A stretch of 64,000 nucleotides of DNA from a virus (taxonomy: Duplodnaviria > Caudoviricetes): positions 371,219 through 435,218 of the IMG/VR virus record IMGVR_UViG_3300037313_001869; one strand, 5' to 3'. Of the stretch, positions 9,731 through 19,261 are shown piece after piece. The first letter of the stretch is position 1; the number at the start of each line of letters is the position of its first letter. A model generated the notes under the pieces. It was given only the letters and a program-made list of their open reading frames with translations, was not told the DNA's origin and ran no database searches. A program made the position numbers and the translations under genes.

Positions 9731-10014
9731 GGGCTATCCTCGCCTTCCCGCCCCGCCATCATCTTCGCCCGAAGGTCGGCCGTCACGGGCTCGAAGATGC
9801 GGGCCCGGAGCGCCTGAAGGGCCTCGGGCTTGGCCAGGTGCGACGCCTCCCCCAGGGCGAGGCCGAGGGCGAGGGCCTCGCGGGGGTCCAGCTTGCCGAG
9901 GTCCTCGACGAGGGCGTCCATGCCCTCCTGGTAGTCCGTCTCGTAGGCGTGGTCCCACGAGCGGACGAGGGCGGCGGCCCACTCGCGGGGGGCCTCTTGG
10001 GTCTTCTTGGGCAT
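9727..10014 (-). CDS. hypothetical protein
   Basis: GGAGAG RBS; GTGA overlap. Confidence 0.65.
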   Translation of the reverse strand: MPKKTQEAPREWAAALVRSWDHAYETDYQEGMDALVEDLGKLDPREALALGLALGEASHLAKPEALQALRARIFEPVTADLRAKMMAGREGEDSP

Positions 10015-10047
10015 GGTTGGCTCTCCTTGGGGTTGGGGGTGGGAAGC

Positions 10048-10284
10048 TCAGCGGGCGGGCTGGACGAGCTGGAACTTGGCCTCGTCGAGCCTGCCGCCCT
10101 CCTGACGGATGCCCACCCAGCCGTCGTGGGTCATGTACTCGGCCACGCCCGCGAAGGCGGCCTCGACCCCGTCGGGCCGGTACTCGACCCGCTGGCCGAG
10201 GGGGAAGAGCACCGAGCCGCGCGAGGTCTTGCACGAGGTCAGGTTGTGCTGCGAGGCGATGGGCTTGGGGTAGGTCTTTTCCAT
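10048..10284 (-). CDS. hypothetical protein
   Basis: GTCAAC-N16-CGTCT plus GGAG RBS upstream. Confidence 0.6.
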   Translation of the reverse strand: MEKTYPKPIASQHNLTSCKTSRGSVLFPLGQRVEYRPDGVEAAFAGVAEYMTHDGWVGIRQEGGRLDEAKFQLVQPAR

Positions 10285-10326
10285 GGTGTCTCCGAGACGG
10301 GGCGAGAGGGCGAACGTTGACAAGGC

Positions 10327-10581
10327 TCAGCTACGAAGGGCCCGGTCCCACACGTCCAGCTCCTCGATGAGCACGCGCGTGGCTTCCTCGGCCGTGGGCC
10401 CCTCGCTGTGGATCGCGTGGGGCTTCTTCCGACGGGAGTTCTTCAGGGTGACCGAGACGGTCATGGACACACCGAGCCGGCTGATGCACACCATGGGGTC
10501 GCCCGCTTGGGCGAGGCCCTCATGGGCCGAGAGGGCGGCTTCGAGCTTCTTGACGTAGGGGAGGATGTCTTCGGGGCGCAT
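10327..10581 (-). CDS. hypothetical protein
   Basis: GGAAAA-N16-CGTCC upstream. Confidence 0.65.
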   Translation of the reverse strand: MRPEDILPYVKKLEAALSAHEGLAQAGDPMVCISRLGVSMTVSVTLKNSRRKKPHAIHSEGPTAEEATRVLIEELDVWDRALRS

Positions 10582-10669
10582 GGTGTTCTCTAGGACGCTC
10601 GGGGGCCCGGGCTTTTTCCGAAAGAAAGGGGCCCGCTCGCCCTGCACGAGCGAGGGGCCCCGGGGGCTC

Positions 10670-11305
10670 TCAGGCCGCCTTTTTGGCGCGGCTCTTCTTG
10701 GGGGCCGGGGGCACCGGAACGTGGTTCTTGGCCCCGAGGTTGCGGCTCCGGTCCTGGTAGAGCGCCGTGTCGTGGCGCTTGACCTCGAACTCGTTGCCCA
10801 CGAGGGCGCCGAGCTGACGGGCCGAGAGGGGCAGCTCGTAGCGGCCCTCGACCAGGCTCGCGAAGAACTGCGTGTAGAGGCTCTTGCGGAACTCGCTCCG
10901 GAAGGTCTTGGTGCGGAGCAGGTCCGCGAGGCCCATCTTCTGCCCCGTGGGCAGCTTCAGGAAGACCCGCTGGACCTTCTCCGGCCAGGTCGGGCAGACC
11001 CCGCAGCCCCACACCCACTTCCAGGCGACGCGGTTCGCCACCCACTCTTCCACGCTAAGCCAGTGGGGGAGCACCACCTCGTTCACCTCGTAGACGTGCC
11101 CCTTGGTGAGCATGTCGTTGTCCCACGACACGCAGTAGTTCTCGACCTCCTGGAGGAGCGCCTCGTCCTCGCCCTCGACGAAGAGGCGGACGGGGTCGGG
11201 CGCGGTGGTGATGTTCTCGCCGTTGCGACGGAAGAGCACCTTGTGGGTGACGAGGACGGTGAGCGAGGCGTTGAGGGCGGCGGCGAGGAAGGAGAGGTTG
11301 CTCAT
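10670..11305 (-). CDS. hypothetical protein
   Basis: 211 aa; GGAAAA-N16-CGTCT plus GGGAG RBS. Confidence 0.75.
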   Translation of the reverse strand: MSNLSFLAAALNASLTVLVTHKVLFRRNGENITTAPDPVRLFVEGEDEALLQEVENYCVSWDNDMLTKGHVYEVNEVVLPHWLSVEEWVANRVAWKWVWGCGVCPTWPEKVQRVFLKLPTGQKMGLADLLRTKTFRSEFRKSLYTQFFASLVEGRYELPLSARQLGALVGNEFEVKRHDTALYQDRSRNLGAKNHVPVPPAPKKSRAKKAA

Positions 11306-11351
11306 GGTGCTCCCGAGACGGCTGGGGCCCGACCCTTTTTCCGAAAAAGAA

Positions 11352-11648
11352 CTAGGCGACCCGCCTGACCTCGACCCCCGCCACGATCCGGCGCTCGCCC
11401 ACCAGCACGAGACCTGCGACCGCAAGGCTCCTCTCCTCGGCCCCGAGACCGATGGAGTCGAACAGGTCGGAGAGGAGCAGGGTCACCCCTCCGACTGAGA
11501 CGGTGACCAGCCGGGCCCAGACCCGTTCGAGCGCCCTCACCTCCTCGTCGGGGTAGGGCGGCCCGGGCAAGAGCCGGTTCCGGGCCTGGCTGATGGAGTT
11601 CGTGAGGGCCCAGAGAAGGGCCCGCCTCTCGACGGGGTCAATGTCCAT
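11352..11648 (-). CDS. hypothetical protein
   Basis: 98 aa ORF. Confidence 0.45.
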   Translation of the reverse strand: MDIDPVERRALLWALTNSISQARNRLLPGPPYPDEEVRALERVWARLVTVSVGGVTLLLSDLFDSIGLGAEERSLAVAGLVLVGERRIVAGVEVRRVA

Positions 11649-12081
11649 CAGCGCACTCCCTAAAAGCGTTGTAGTTCATCTCGGCCTCCATGGCCTCGAC
11701 ACGGTAGGCCCGTGCCTGCTCGTGAAGGTGTACCCCAGTGGGCCCCTCCAAAGCCTCGGCCTTCTGCGTTCGGTCCAGGTAGACCATGTACGAGCACAGC
11801 TCGGGCCCAAGGTGGAACCACTCCCCTCGGTGCCGGTGAGCCTCGAAGCGCTCGTGAAGCTTGCGCTCCTCTCGCTTACCCCCGGGCACGACCAGCATCA
11901 GGTGCAGGGGGAAGGGGTTGCCGATGGCCAGGCTCGCGAGACGCTGCGAGACCACGGCGGCGAACCCGATCTTGACGTAGGGCCCGCAGACCACCCAGTA
12001 GACCCCGGCCTGCGAGCCCGGTACCAGGGGCTTCAGTTGCTCCGCGTACCCGAGGGCCCGCAGCGTTTCGAGTCCGTCCAT
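11638..12081 (-). CDS. T5orf172/MUG113 (GIY-YIG-like) domain protein
   Basis: VY...YVKIGF..RLASL..GNP..EERKLHERF..R.RGEWF. Confidence 0.8.
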   Translation of the reverse strand: MDGLETLRALGYAEQLKPLVPGSQAGVYWVVCGPYVKIGFAAVVSQRLASLAIGNPFPLHLMLVVPGGKREERKLHERFEAHRHRGEWFHLGPELCSYMVYLDRTQKAEALEGPTGVHLHEQARAYRVEAMEAEMNYNAFRECADGH

Positions 12082-12086
12082 GGCCC

Positions 12087-12407
12087 CTACCGTACCCGCC
12101 TGACCTCGACATGGCCCGGGCCGAGGAAGCACACCCGGTGGATGGGGAGGGTGAGCAGCTCGACCACGTCCGACTCGCTGAGGTCGGGGTTCGCCTCGAA
12201 GACGCTGGCCAGGGTACAGGGCTCGCCCCCGTCGACCCTGACGAGGTAGAGCTGAGCCAGGACCCTCCGGAGGGCTTCGCGCCGAGCCACGGCCCTCTTG
12301 CCCCCGTTGGGCCGGCGCACGGCCTCGTCCGCCCAGTCGAGGGCGTCCGCTACCGCATCCCGCAAAGCCACCTCTTGCTCTTCTGTGAGCGTCAGCCTCA
12401 GCTCCAT
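12087..12407 (-). CDS. hypothetical protein
   Basis: TGATG coupling at 12407. Confidence 0.6.
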   Translation of the reverse strand: MELRLTLTEEQEVALRDAVADALDWADEAVRRPNGGKRAVARREALRRVLAQLYLVRVDGGEPCTLASVFEANPDLSESDVVELLTLPIHRVCFLGPGHVEVRRVR

Positions 12408-12703
12408 CAGCCAAGCCCTCCCTTGCACGTCACCAGCGACGGCCCGCACCTCAGCCCGTCCCGGTGCAGCTCGTCGAGCCCCCCGGGCATGTGCCCCGCG
12501 ACCAGCTTCCCGTAGATCCCGTGGTCCCGCCCGATGGCCTCCCCGTCCCGGGGTAGGAAGTAGGCCCGGAGACCGAGGGCCCGCATTGCCCCAGCAAAGC
12601 CCTCGGCGGACTCCTCGTCGCCGAAGGTCATCTGAGCCACCGAAGGCCCGTGGAACAGACCCGACCTCCCCGGCTCGTAGCAGATCATCACATGCACCAT
12701 CAC
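12407..12703 (-). CDS. hypothetical protein
   Basis: GTGA overlap; AGGAAGG RBS. Confidence 0.55.
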   Translation of the reverse strand: MMVHVMICYEPGRSGLFHGPSVAQMTFGDEESAEGFAGAMRALGLRAYFLPRDGEAIGRDHGIYGKLVAGHMPGGLDELHRDGLRCGPSLVTCKGGLG

Positions 12704-13011
12704 CCTTCCTCCTCTCCGCATGAGCAGCAGCCCTGGCACTCGCCGCACCCGTCACACGAGGGCGGTACCTCCCCGCAGTTGGGGCACATACCCCTCTCCC
12801 CCTCGGGGCTGACCGCAGCGAGCTTCTCCCCGAGGTCCACGAGCTTGCGGTAGACCCCGACGTAGAACGCCTTCTCGTCCTCGCTGCCGGCCGCCTCCCG
12901 GCCCTTGCGGGTGAACTGCATCGAACGGCCCACCCCCGCCTGGAGGAGCTTCAGCTCTTCCTCGGTCACCCGGAGGGTCAGGAGCTTCGGTGTCTGTTTG
13001 CTTGTGGCCAT
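12700..13011 (-). CDS. hypothetical protein with Cys-rich C-terminus
   Basis: GGAAAA-N16-CGTCTAG upstream. Confidence 0.65.
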   Translation of the reverse strand: MATSKQTPKLLTLRVTEEELKLLQAGVGRSMQFTRKGREAAGSEDEKAFYVGVYRKLVDLGEKLAAVSPEGERGMCPNCGEVPPSCDGCGECQGCCSCGEEEG

Positions 13012-13057
13012 GGATGTCCTAGACGAGCGAACGGCCCGTCTTTTTCCTGAGAAACCC

Positions 13058-13396
13058 CTACACCACCTTGACGTGGGCGAACTCTTTCTCGATGGCCTCG
13101 GCCCCCGTGACCAGCTCGCCCAAGAGCCCGTGAAGCAGCTTCATCGTACCCGGGCCCGTGGTCATCCCCACCGTGTAGATGACCGCCCGCACCCTCCGGG
13201 CCAGCACCGAGACCTCGACGTGCATCCGGTAGCCCCACGCCCGGACCTCCAGCCCCGCCACCCCGCACCGGCCGTACGCCTCGTAAGCCCCCTCTCCCTG
13301 CTTCACCACCGAGAGAGCCCGGCCCATCCGGTCGAGGCTCTCGGCCGCCCGCATCACCACCCGCGCGTCCCCATGTACGATCTCTTCCAAGGTCAC
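13058..13396 (-). CDS. hypothetical protein
   Basis: GGAAAA-N16-CGTCTAG and GGAGG RBS. Confidence 0.65.
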   Translation of the reverse strand: MTLEEIVHGDARVVMRAAESLDRMGRALSVVKQGEGAYEAYGRCGVAGLEVRAWGYRMHVEVSVLARRVRAVIYTVGMTTGPGTMKLLHGLLGELVTGAEAIEKEFAHVKVV

Positions 13397-13712
13397 ACCT
13401 CCAGGGGGCTAGACGATCGGGGGCTCAGGCTTTTTCCAAGAAAGAAGAGCCCCGGGCGGGCCCGACCTCACCTTTCCAGCCACATCAAAAAGAAAGGGCC
13501 CGCCCGGGGCTCTTCTCCCCCGCTCTTTGGCACGCCAACAGCGCCACGAGAACGGCCCGTCCTGGCCGTTTCCCCGAAAATACGATCCCGGTCTCGTCCC
13601 GAGGTTCGACGCCTTGGAAGAGATCCTGGCGGGACCATTTCTGCCCGCGAGGCGCCTCGGAGAACCGCGCAACCGCGTTTGGTTTCCGACCCCCTGGCCC
13701 GAGCCTGCCCCC

Positions 13713-13918
13713 ACCAGGGCCCCTGCGGGGCTGGGGGTCTGGGCCTGCTAGGGCTCCCTCTCCCCGGACAGACCAGGGCCCCTTCGGGGCAGGGTAGGTC
13801 GGTGACCTTGGGGGCAGAGCAAGCCCCCACCAGGGCCCCCTTCGGGGGCGAGGGGTAAGGGCCGGCTGGGGCTCCTTCCCTGGACGGACCAGGGCCCCCT
13901 GCGGGGGCCGGGTAGGTC
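13713..13918. repeat. four degenerate ~58-nt hairpin repeats in a non-coding region
   Basis: ACCAGGGCCCC(C)TNCGGGG(G)C at 13713, 13772, 13829 and 13888. Confidence 0.75.
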
Positions 13919-13942
13919 GATGGTCTCTAGGGGGCTCGGTGC

Positions 13943-14149
13943 TCAGGGGCCCCTTCGTTTGGTCCCTACCCACCGTTCTCTCAGAGAGCGTGAGAGGGTG
14001 ACGATCAGGGCGTAGGGGAGCACGGCGAACTGGACGGGGGCGAGGGCGATGTTCTCGAAGGGAACGGGGTGCCCGGGGCGCTTGACGAGGAGGTAGGCGA
14101 CCGACCACGAGACGGGGCACCAGAGGGCGACGAGGAGGAGAAGGGTCAT
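13943..14149 (-). CDS. small membrane protein
   Basis: two hydrophobic segments. Confidence 0.5.
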   Translation of the reverse strand: MTLLLLVALWCPVSWSVAYLLVKRPGHPVPFENIALAPVQFAVLPYALIVTLSRSLRERWVGTKRRGP

Positions 14150-14194
14150 ACCCCTAGTAGGCGTGGAGGGGGTCAGGTGGCCGGTCTTTCCCTC

Positions 14195-14422
14195 TCACCT
14201 CCCCTTCTTGGGTCTCCTATCCCTGAGGTAGGCGAGGGCTCGTGCGTTCTCACCGTCGAGCGTGGCGTGGACGGACGACTCCCCTGTGCCGTAGTCGAGG
14301 GTGTTGATGTCGCTTCTCGAAGCCAGGGCGAGCAGGAGCGAGAGCCACGCCTTGGTTCTGGGGTTGGTCTCCTCTTCGATGGCCTTTTCGAGGTCGTCCT
14401 TACGGGGCAGGTTCTCGTTCAT
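14195..14422 (-). CDS. hypothetical protein
   Basis: CGGTGTA upstream on minus strand (14436-14442). Confidence 0.55.
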   Translation of the reverse strand: MNENLPRKDDLEKAIEEETNPRTKAWLSLLLALASRSDINTLDYGTGESSVHATLDGENARALAYLRDRRPKKGR

Positions 14423-14444
14423 GGTGTAGGTGGGCTACACCGGG

Positions 14445-14858
14445 ATGTGGATCATCATCAAGGCCGAGAGGGTAGGGGAGTCGAACGACTGCGTGGACCG
14501 GGTCTCGGTGGAGTCTGGGGGCCTTGGGCTCTGGCTTGTGCCTGTTGGGGCCCGTTACCGGGTGGGGCGGGCCCCGACGCTCCGTCCGTTTCGGGAGCTT
14601 GACCCTGTGAAGGGGGCTTTGGAGCTTGGGCTCTTGGCTGGTGAGTGGCGGCTTCACTACCAGGTGCAGCGGGAGGGTCGTTACCAGGAGGGTCCGGCCA
14701 TCCACATTGTGGGGGAGGTCATCGAGGGCCGGTCTCTTCTCCGGGTGTCTGGGGCCCACACGGGCTTTTCGGTGGACTTCGAGATGGGGGGCCCGCTGCC
14801 GGTGCTTGGGGAAGCTCGTTCGGGAGTCTCGCGTTACGAAAGGGAGGGCCTTCTCTGA
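14445..14858 (+). CDS. RFxR-tail family protein
   Basis: ends SRYEREGLL. Confidence 0.75.
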   Translation: MWIIIKAERVGESNDCVDRVSVESGGLGLWLVPVGARYRVGRAPTLRPFRELDPVKGALELGLLAGEWRLHYQVQREGRYQEGPAIHIVGEVIEGRSLLRVSGAHTGFSVDFEMGGPLPVLGEARSGVSRYEREGLL

Positions 14859-15244
14859 TGCTCATCCGGGTGGTGGGGCGCGAGAGCATCGAGGTGGACC
14901 TTTCGGGGGAGTCTGGGAGGGTGGTGGTGGGGTGCGACCAGGGCTACCAGGTGACGCGGTACGGGGACCGTGTGCAGTGGGGGTCGATTCACGGGGAAGA
15001 GGTCCGCTACGTCCTTTGGGGGCACGGGGCGGGGGCTGTGTACGTCTACGAGCTGACGGGGAAGGTGGGCTGGGGGGTCCCGTGGCTTCGTATCGAGGGC
15101 GGGTGGGAGCGGTCGACGGGTCAGTACCTCGTGGTCGTGGGGCCTCGGGAAGGGGCGCCGCTGCTTCTCCGGCCTGTTTTGGCGCCTATTCGGGGCGGGG
15201 GAGTGGTGGGGGCGCCGCGGTACGAGAGGGATGACGTTCTATGA
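14858..15244 (+). CDS. RFxR-tail family protein
   Basis: TGATG start; ends PRYERDDVL. Confidence 0.75.
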   Translation: MLIRVVGRESIEVDLSGESGRVVVGCDQGYQVTRYGDRVQWGSIHGEEVRYVLWGHGAGAVYVYELTGKVGWGVPWLRIEGGWERSTGQYLVVVGPREGAPLLLRPVLAPIRGGGVVGAPRYERDDVL

Positions 15245-15642
15245 GGGTCGAGCTTCGGGCGGGTAACGGTCTCTACGGGCTCTGGACGGACCCTGACTTG
15301 GAAGGGGAGCGTTTGGCCCTCTGGGTGCCGGTGGGGCACACGCTGGTCTCGGGCGATGGGGCTGTGCTACCGCCCTCGGGGCACAGGGAGGGGATGCTAC
15401 GGCACTGGCTCTTCCTCTCCGCTTCGGAGGGGCTGAGGCGCTACCAGATTCGGATCGGGGGCGGGGTGGGCCACCCGGTGGTGAGCGACCTTACGCTCTT
15501 TCTCGAAGAGGGCAGGGCGGTCTTGCGGGTCGAGGGTCTCGGGGGCCGGCTCCCTGTGATGGTCTACCTTCGGGAGGTACCTACGGAAGGGGGTAGGGAG
15601 GTGATGGGCCCGGCCCGGTTCGAGAGGGACGAGGTTTTGTGA
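15241..15642 (+). CDS. RFxR-tail family protein
   Basis: ends ARFERDEVL. Confidence 0.75.
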   Translation: MRVELRAGNGLYGLWTDPDLEGERLALWVPVGHTLVSGDGAVLPPSGHREGMLRHWLFLSASEGLRRYQIRIGGGVGHPVVSDLTLFLEEGRAVLRVEGLGGRLPVMVYLREVPTEGGREVMGPARFERDEVL

Positions 15643-16034
15643 TGCGGGTGACCTTGGCCGGGAAGGACAGGCAGGTACTCGTGGACGAGGGGTTGTACCC
15701 TCACTCGTTCGTGGTCGACGATCCGGTGGGCTACCTCGTCTATCGGGAGGGGGCGGGGCCGCCGCCGGTTCCCTCCTATGCCGGGGAGACCCGGAGCTAC
15801 CTCCTTCTCCCGTTCGGGGCTGGCGACCCTTTCGTTTACAAGTTCGAGGTGGCTCCGGGGGTGGCGCTGGCCTTCCTCGACAGGGTCCGTTTCACAGGGG
15901 GGTGGGAAGCTGGGGGCTACATCGTGACGATGAAGGCCCAGGTCGGCCCCTCGTGGCGGTTCCGTTTTGCGTCGGCGCCCCGGCCGATCGCGCGTGTGGC
16001 CGTGGGTCGCTTCGAGAGGGACGAGGTGGTGTAG
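15642..16034 (+). CDS. RFxR-tail family protein
   Basis: ends GRFERDEVV. Confidence 0.75.
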   Translation: MRVTLAGKDRQVLVDEGLYPHSFVVDDPVGYLVYREGAGPPPVPSYAGETRSYLLLPFGAGDPFVYKFEVAPGVALAFLDRVRFTGGWEAGGYIVTMKAQVGPSWRFRFASAPRPIARVAVGRFERDEVV

Positions 16035-16042
16035 AGGACAGG

Positions 16043-16447
16043 GTGCGGATCTCGCTCATCCCGTTCGGCTCGCGGTTCCGGGTGACGTTTCGCCCGTGGA
16101 TCGCGGGAGGGGACGTACTCTTTCGCCTGCCTTCGCACCTGGAGCTTCGGCTCATGGGTTCCCTGGTCTTGGACGAGGTCTCTTCGGGGTCGGGCTTCAG
16201 CGTCTACCGGATCTCCCGGGAAGAGCTGGCGAAGGACCACGTCTACGTGGTGAACGAGCCCTACGTGGCGGGGGATCTCCCGGTCGTCGTGGGGAAGCTC
16301 CAGGGGACGTGGCACCCTGATGGCCTTTGGGTCTTGCACCTTGCGGCGGGCGAGGTCGATATCCAGTGGCACGTCCCGTCCGAGGAATGGACGTGGGAAG
16401 AACGGGGGCCGGCGGCGCCGCGGTTCGATCGTGAGGGCCCGCTGTGA
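16043..16447 (+). CDS. RFxR-tail family protein
   Basis: GTG start VRISL; ends PRFDREGPL. Confidence 0.75.
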   Translation: MRISLIPFGSRFRVTFRPWIAGGDVLFRLPSHLELRLMGSLVLDEVSSGSGFSVYRISREELAKDHVYVVNEPYVAGDLPVVVGKLQGTWHPDGLWVLHLAAGEVDIQWHVPSEEWTWEERGPAAPRFDREGPL

Positions 16448-16878
16448 GGCTTGTCGTGATGCCCGATCTCGGCCGTCCTTGTCCGGGGCAAGAGGTCGAG
16501 GTCATCCAGCAGCCGTGGGCGCACCCGGGCGAGGTCGTCCTCTCGGTGCCTGGGGCCTACGGCCTTTGGTGGACCGACGGGAGGGAGCGGACGGTCTATT
16601 CGCCCTTCGAGGTGTACGGCTCGCACCAATCGTTCTGTCTCTCCCGCTCTGCGATCGTTCGGGGCGAGTCCTACGTGCTCTACTACAAGGCCGGGGACCT
16701 GCTCTTCGGGAACATTCACGGGATGGAGAAGCTGAGCGTCCCTGGCACGGCGCTCTTTCTCAAGATGGAGCACTCCCCCGTGCTTCAGCGGTTCGACATC
16801 CCTTCCGGGCAGTGGACCTTGGAGCCTGGGGGGCGGCCGTCGGAGCTGACGAGGTTCGATCGCGACGAAGTGGTGTAG
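16444..16878 (+). CDS. RFxR-tail family protein
   Basis: ends TRFDRDEVV. Confidence 0.75.
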   Translation: MRLVVMPDLGRPCPGQEVEVIQQPWAHPGEVVLSVPGAYGLWWTDGRERTVYSPFEVYGSHQSFCLSRSAIVRGESYVLYYKAGDLLFGNIHGMEKLSVPGTALFLKMEHSPVLQRFDIPSGQWTLEPGGRPSELTRFDRDEVV

Positions 16879-16886
16879 GGGGCGGG

Positions 16887-17315
16887 GTGCGGATCTCGCT
16901 CTTCCCCTTGGGCACGCCTGGGGACTACTATCGGTTTCGGGTGGCCACCTGCCCCTGGTCGAACCGCGGGTCACTGGTGCTCTGCGTCCCTCGGCCGTTC
17001 CGGCTCTTTCTGGTCGACGATCGGGCGGGGACCGAGAGCGAAGAGACCTACAAGGTCGACGACGGCTACCGCGCGTACCCTCTCTCCCGGCTCGCTTTTC
17101 AGTCGGGGGGCACATACGAGGTCCGGATGGGGGAGAGGGGTCCGACTGCCTTGGTCGCGACGCTTCGTGGCCGGCACCAGCGGACCGAGGGCCTTTGGCT
17201 CTTGCATGTGAGGGGGACGGGGCTCGATGCTCGCTGGCAGATGCCCGACGACGAGTGGACGACCGGGCCTTCGGACGAATCCTTGGCACGCTTCGACCGT
17301 GAGGAGCCCCTGTGA
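16887..17315 (+). CDS. RFxR-tail family protein
   Basis: VRISL start, paralog of 16043; ends ARFDREEPL. Confidence 0.75.
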   Translation: MRISLFPLGTPGDYYRFRVATCPWSNRGSLVLCVPRPFRLFLVDDRAGTESEETYKVDDGYRAYPLSRLAFQSGGTYEVRMGERGPTALVATLRGRHQRTEGLWLLHVRGTGLDARWQMPDDEWTTGPSDESLARFDREEPL

Positions 17316-17692
17316 TCATCGAGGTGACCACAGGCTCTCTCCTTCACGTCCGGCCCGACGTGGTCCCCGGGCGCCTGATCTTCTACTTTCCGAGGGGGGA
17401 GCGGGTCTTCAACCTGGCGAATCAGGGCGAGGTCCTCCCCGTGGCGGGCCTCCGGGACCTCGTGGGCGAGCGCGGCTACGTGCTCGGGGTGGGGGACGAC
17501 ACGGCCCAGATGCTCAACTTCGTCGCTCGCGGGGCCTGGGGCGACACGGTGATCCGGGGCTGGACCGCCTCAGGGGGCTTCGTCGTTTCGGTCGTGACCC
17601 CCGAGCGTTTCTCGACCACCGTGCTTTTGAGCTGGGTACCTCGCCTCTCGGTCATGGGCCAGGACCGTTTCGGCCGGGACGAGGTGGTGTAG
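17312..17692 (+). CDS. RFxR-tail family protein
   Basis: ends DRFGRDEVV. Confidence 0.75.
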   Translation: MIIEVTTGSLLHVRPDVVPGRLIFYFPRGERVFNLANQGEVLPVAGLRDLVGERGYVLGVGDDTAQMLNFVARGAWGDTVIRGWTASGGFVVSVVTPERFSTTVLLSWVPRLSVMGQDRFGRDEVV

Positions 17693-17695
17693 ACC

Positions 17696-18094
17696 ATGCG
17701 CGTGGTCATCGAAACCGACAACGATCGCTGCGTGGTGGTCCACTCGTACGAGGGCCTCGATTCAGGGTCTCTCTCGGTGGTCATCCCCTCGCAGCAGGCG
17801 CTTCTCATCATGCGGGAGCCGGTCTGGCGTGCGGTCGGGCCCTCGTGGGAAGAGGGCAAGGTCGAGGGCTACTGGCTCTCTCTGCCCGAGGGGGTCGACG
17901 AGGCCCGCTACCAGGTCGAGGGCGGTCCGATGCTCCTTGGGCTCGTGCTTCGGAGGCTCCTGCTCTCGGGGGAGGGAGAGCTTCGGATCAACGGGCCTCG
18001 CATCGCCTGGGCCCTGCGCCTTCCTTCGGTACCCATCGGGCCGGGGGAGGTCTTGCCGCTGCGTCCGAGGTTCGACCGGGAAGAGGTGATCTAG
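17696..18094 (+). CDS. RFxR-tail family protein
   Basis: ends PRFDREEVI. Confidence 0.75.
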   Translation: MRVVIETDNDRCVVVHSYEGLDSGSLSVVIPSQQALLIMREPVWRAVGPSWEEGKVEGYWLSLPEGVDEARYQVEGGPMLLGLVLRRLLLSGEGELRINGPRIAWALRLPSVPIGPGEVLPLRPRFDREEVI

Positions 18095-18465
18095 TGCGGG
18101 TCGTGATGTTTCGGGCCATCCGGACCATGCCGTGGCTTGACGAGGAAGCGCTCTCGCTGGTGATCCCGTTTGCGAGCGATCTTCGCCTCGAACAGGGGAC
18201 CTTGATCGACCCGGCGGCCATGGAGAGCGGAATCAAAAAGTTCTGGCTCTACTTCCCCCCGGGCGCAGAAGTTGTGGAATACAAGGTGGTCAACTTGGCT
18301 TCGCGTGTCGTCCGGATTCTCCTCTACCGGGAGGGGGCCTTCAGTGTCGTTCGGATCAGCGAGTCGGAGCATCAGGTGCCGACGGAGCTAATCTTGCCAT
18401 TCGTCCCTTCCGCGCCCGGGGTGATGCGGGGCCCCGCTCGTTTCGACCGGGAAGAGGTGATCTGA
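18094..18465 (+). CDS. RFxR-tail family protein
   Basis: TAGTG coupling; ends ARFDREEVI. Confidence 0.75.
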   Translation: MRVVMFRAIRTMPWLDEEALSLVIPFASDLRLEQGTLIDPAAMESGIKKFWLYFPPGAEVVEYKVVNLASRVVRILLYREGAFSVVRISESEHQVPTELILPFVPSAPGVMRGPARFDREEVI

Positions 18466-18872
18466 TGCACATTGGACTTTTGACCAACAAGGACGAGACG
18501 ACCCGCGTGCTCGTGGGCGAGGCGCATCCGGGGATGGTCATCCTGAGCCTCGTGGCGCGCTACGGGCTCTTTCGGGGGAGCGACACGGTCCCTATGCCCC
18601 TCTACCGGAAGGACGGCATGTTCCATCGCTACCGGCTCGGGCTTCGGCCGGGCGAAACGGACTGCGTGTATCGGGCACACTGGCTCGGCACTCCCTCAGC
18701 CCGCCCCCAAGTCCAGGTGAAGCTTCGCGAGAGGCTCCCTGAGTACGGAGGCATCCCGATCCTCTGTACCCAGATCGAGGACGGGCCGATCTGGGAGCTG
18801 GAGCTGTCGTTTCGGCCGACCGAGACAGACGACTTTCCGTGCCTCCGTTTCGAGAGGGGCGAGGTCATCTGA
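18465..18872 (+). CDS. RFxR-tail family protein
   Basis: ends LRFERGEVI. Confidence 0.75.
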   Translation: MHIGLLTNKDETTRVLVGEAHPGMVILSLVARYGLFRGSDTVPMPLYRKDGMFHRYRLGLRPGETDCVYRAHWLGTPSARPQVQVKLRERLPEYGGIPILCTQIEDGPIWELELSFRPTETDDFPCLRFERGEVI

Positions 18873-19261
18873 TGCTCGTGAGACTCTATACCTCCTACGG
18901 CTGCCCGCGGTTCTTCGAGGGCATCTACCCCCGGCGCTTCGTGGTCGAGACGACCGACCCTTACGAGGTGAGGCGGGACGGGGCGGAGCTGACGCCGTCG
19001 TTCGTGGACCGGGGGGTACGGATCTTCGCGCTCGCGGCCGAGGGGTCGAGCGCGGCAACGTACGACTTCGAGCTTCGGGGCAACAGCGGGCCGATGGGGG
19101 GCCTTCGGGTCCGGGTGATGCCCGCGAGGGGCGGGGTGGGCTACGAGGTCTCTCTGAACTTTCGGGGAGGCCCTACGATGGCCTTCTGGACGGCGGACCA
19201 GCCTATGCCGTGGGCTGGGAACGAGGCCGTGCCTCGGTATGATAGGGGCGAGGTCATCTGA
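18872..19261 (+). CDS. RFxR-tail family protein
   Basis: ends PRYDRGEVI. Confidence 0.75.
   Translation: MLVRLYTSYGCPRFFEGIYPRRFVVETTDPYEVRRDGAELTPSFVDRGVRIFALAAEGSSAATYDFELRGNSGPMGGLRVRVMPARGGVGYEVSLNFRGGPTMAFWTADQPMPWAGNEAVPRYDRGEVI

Noticed and set aside
13713-13918. CRISPR array
   Set aside because: Intervening sequences are themselves similar in alternation, and the repeats are unlike those near tnpB.
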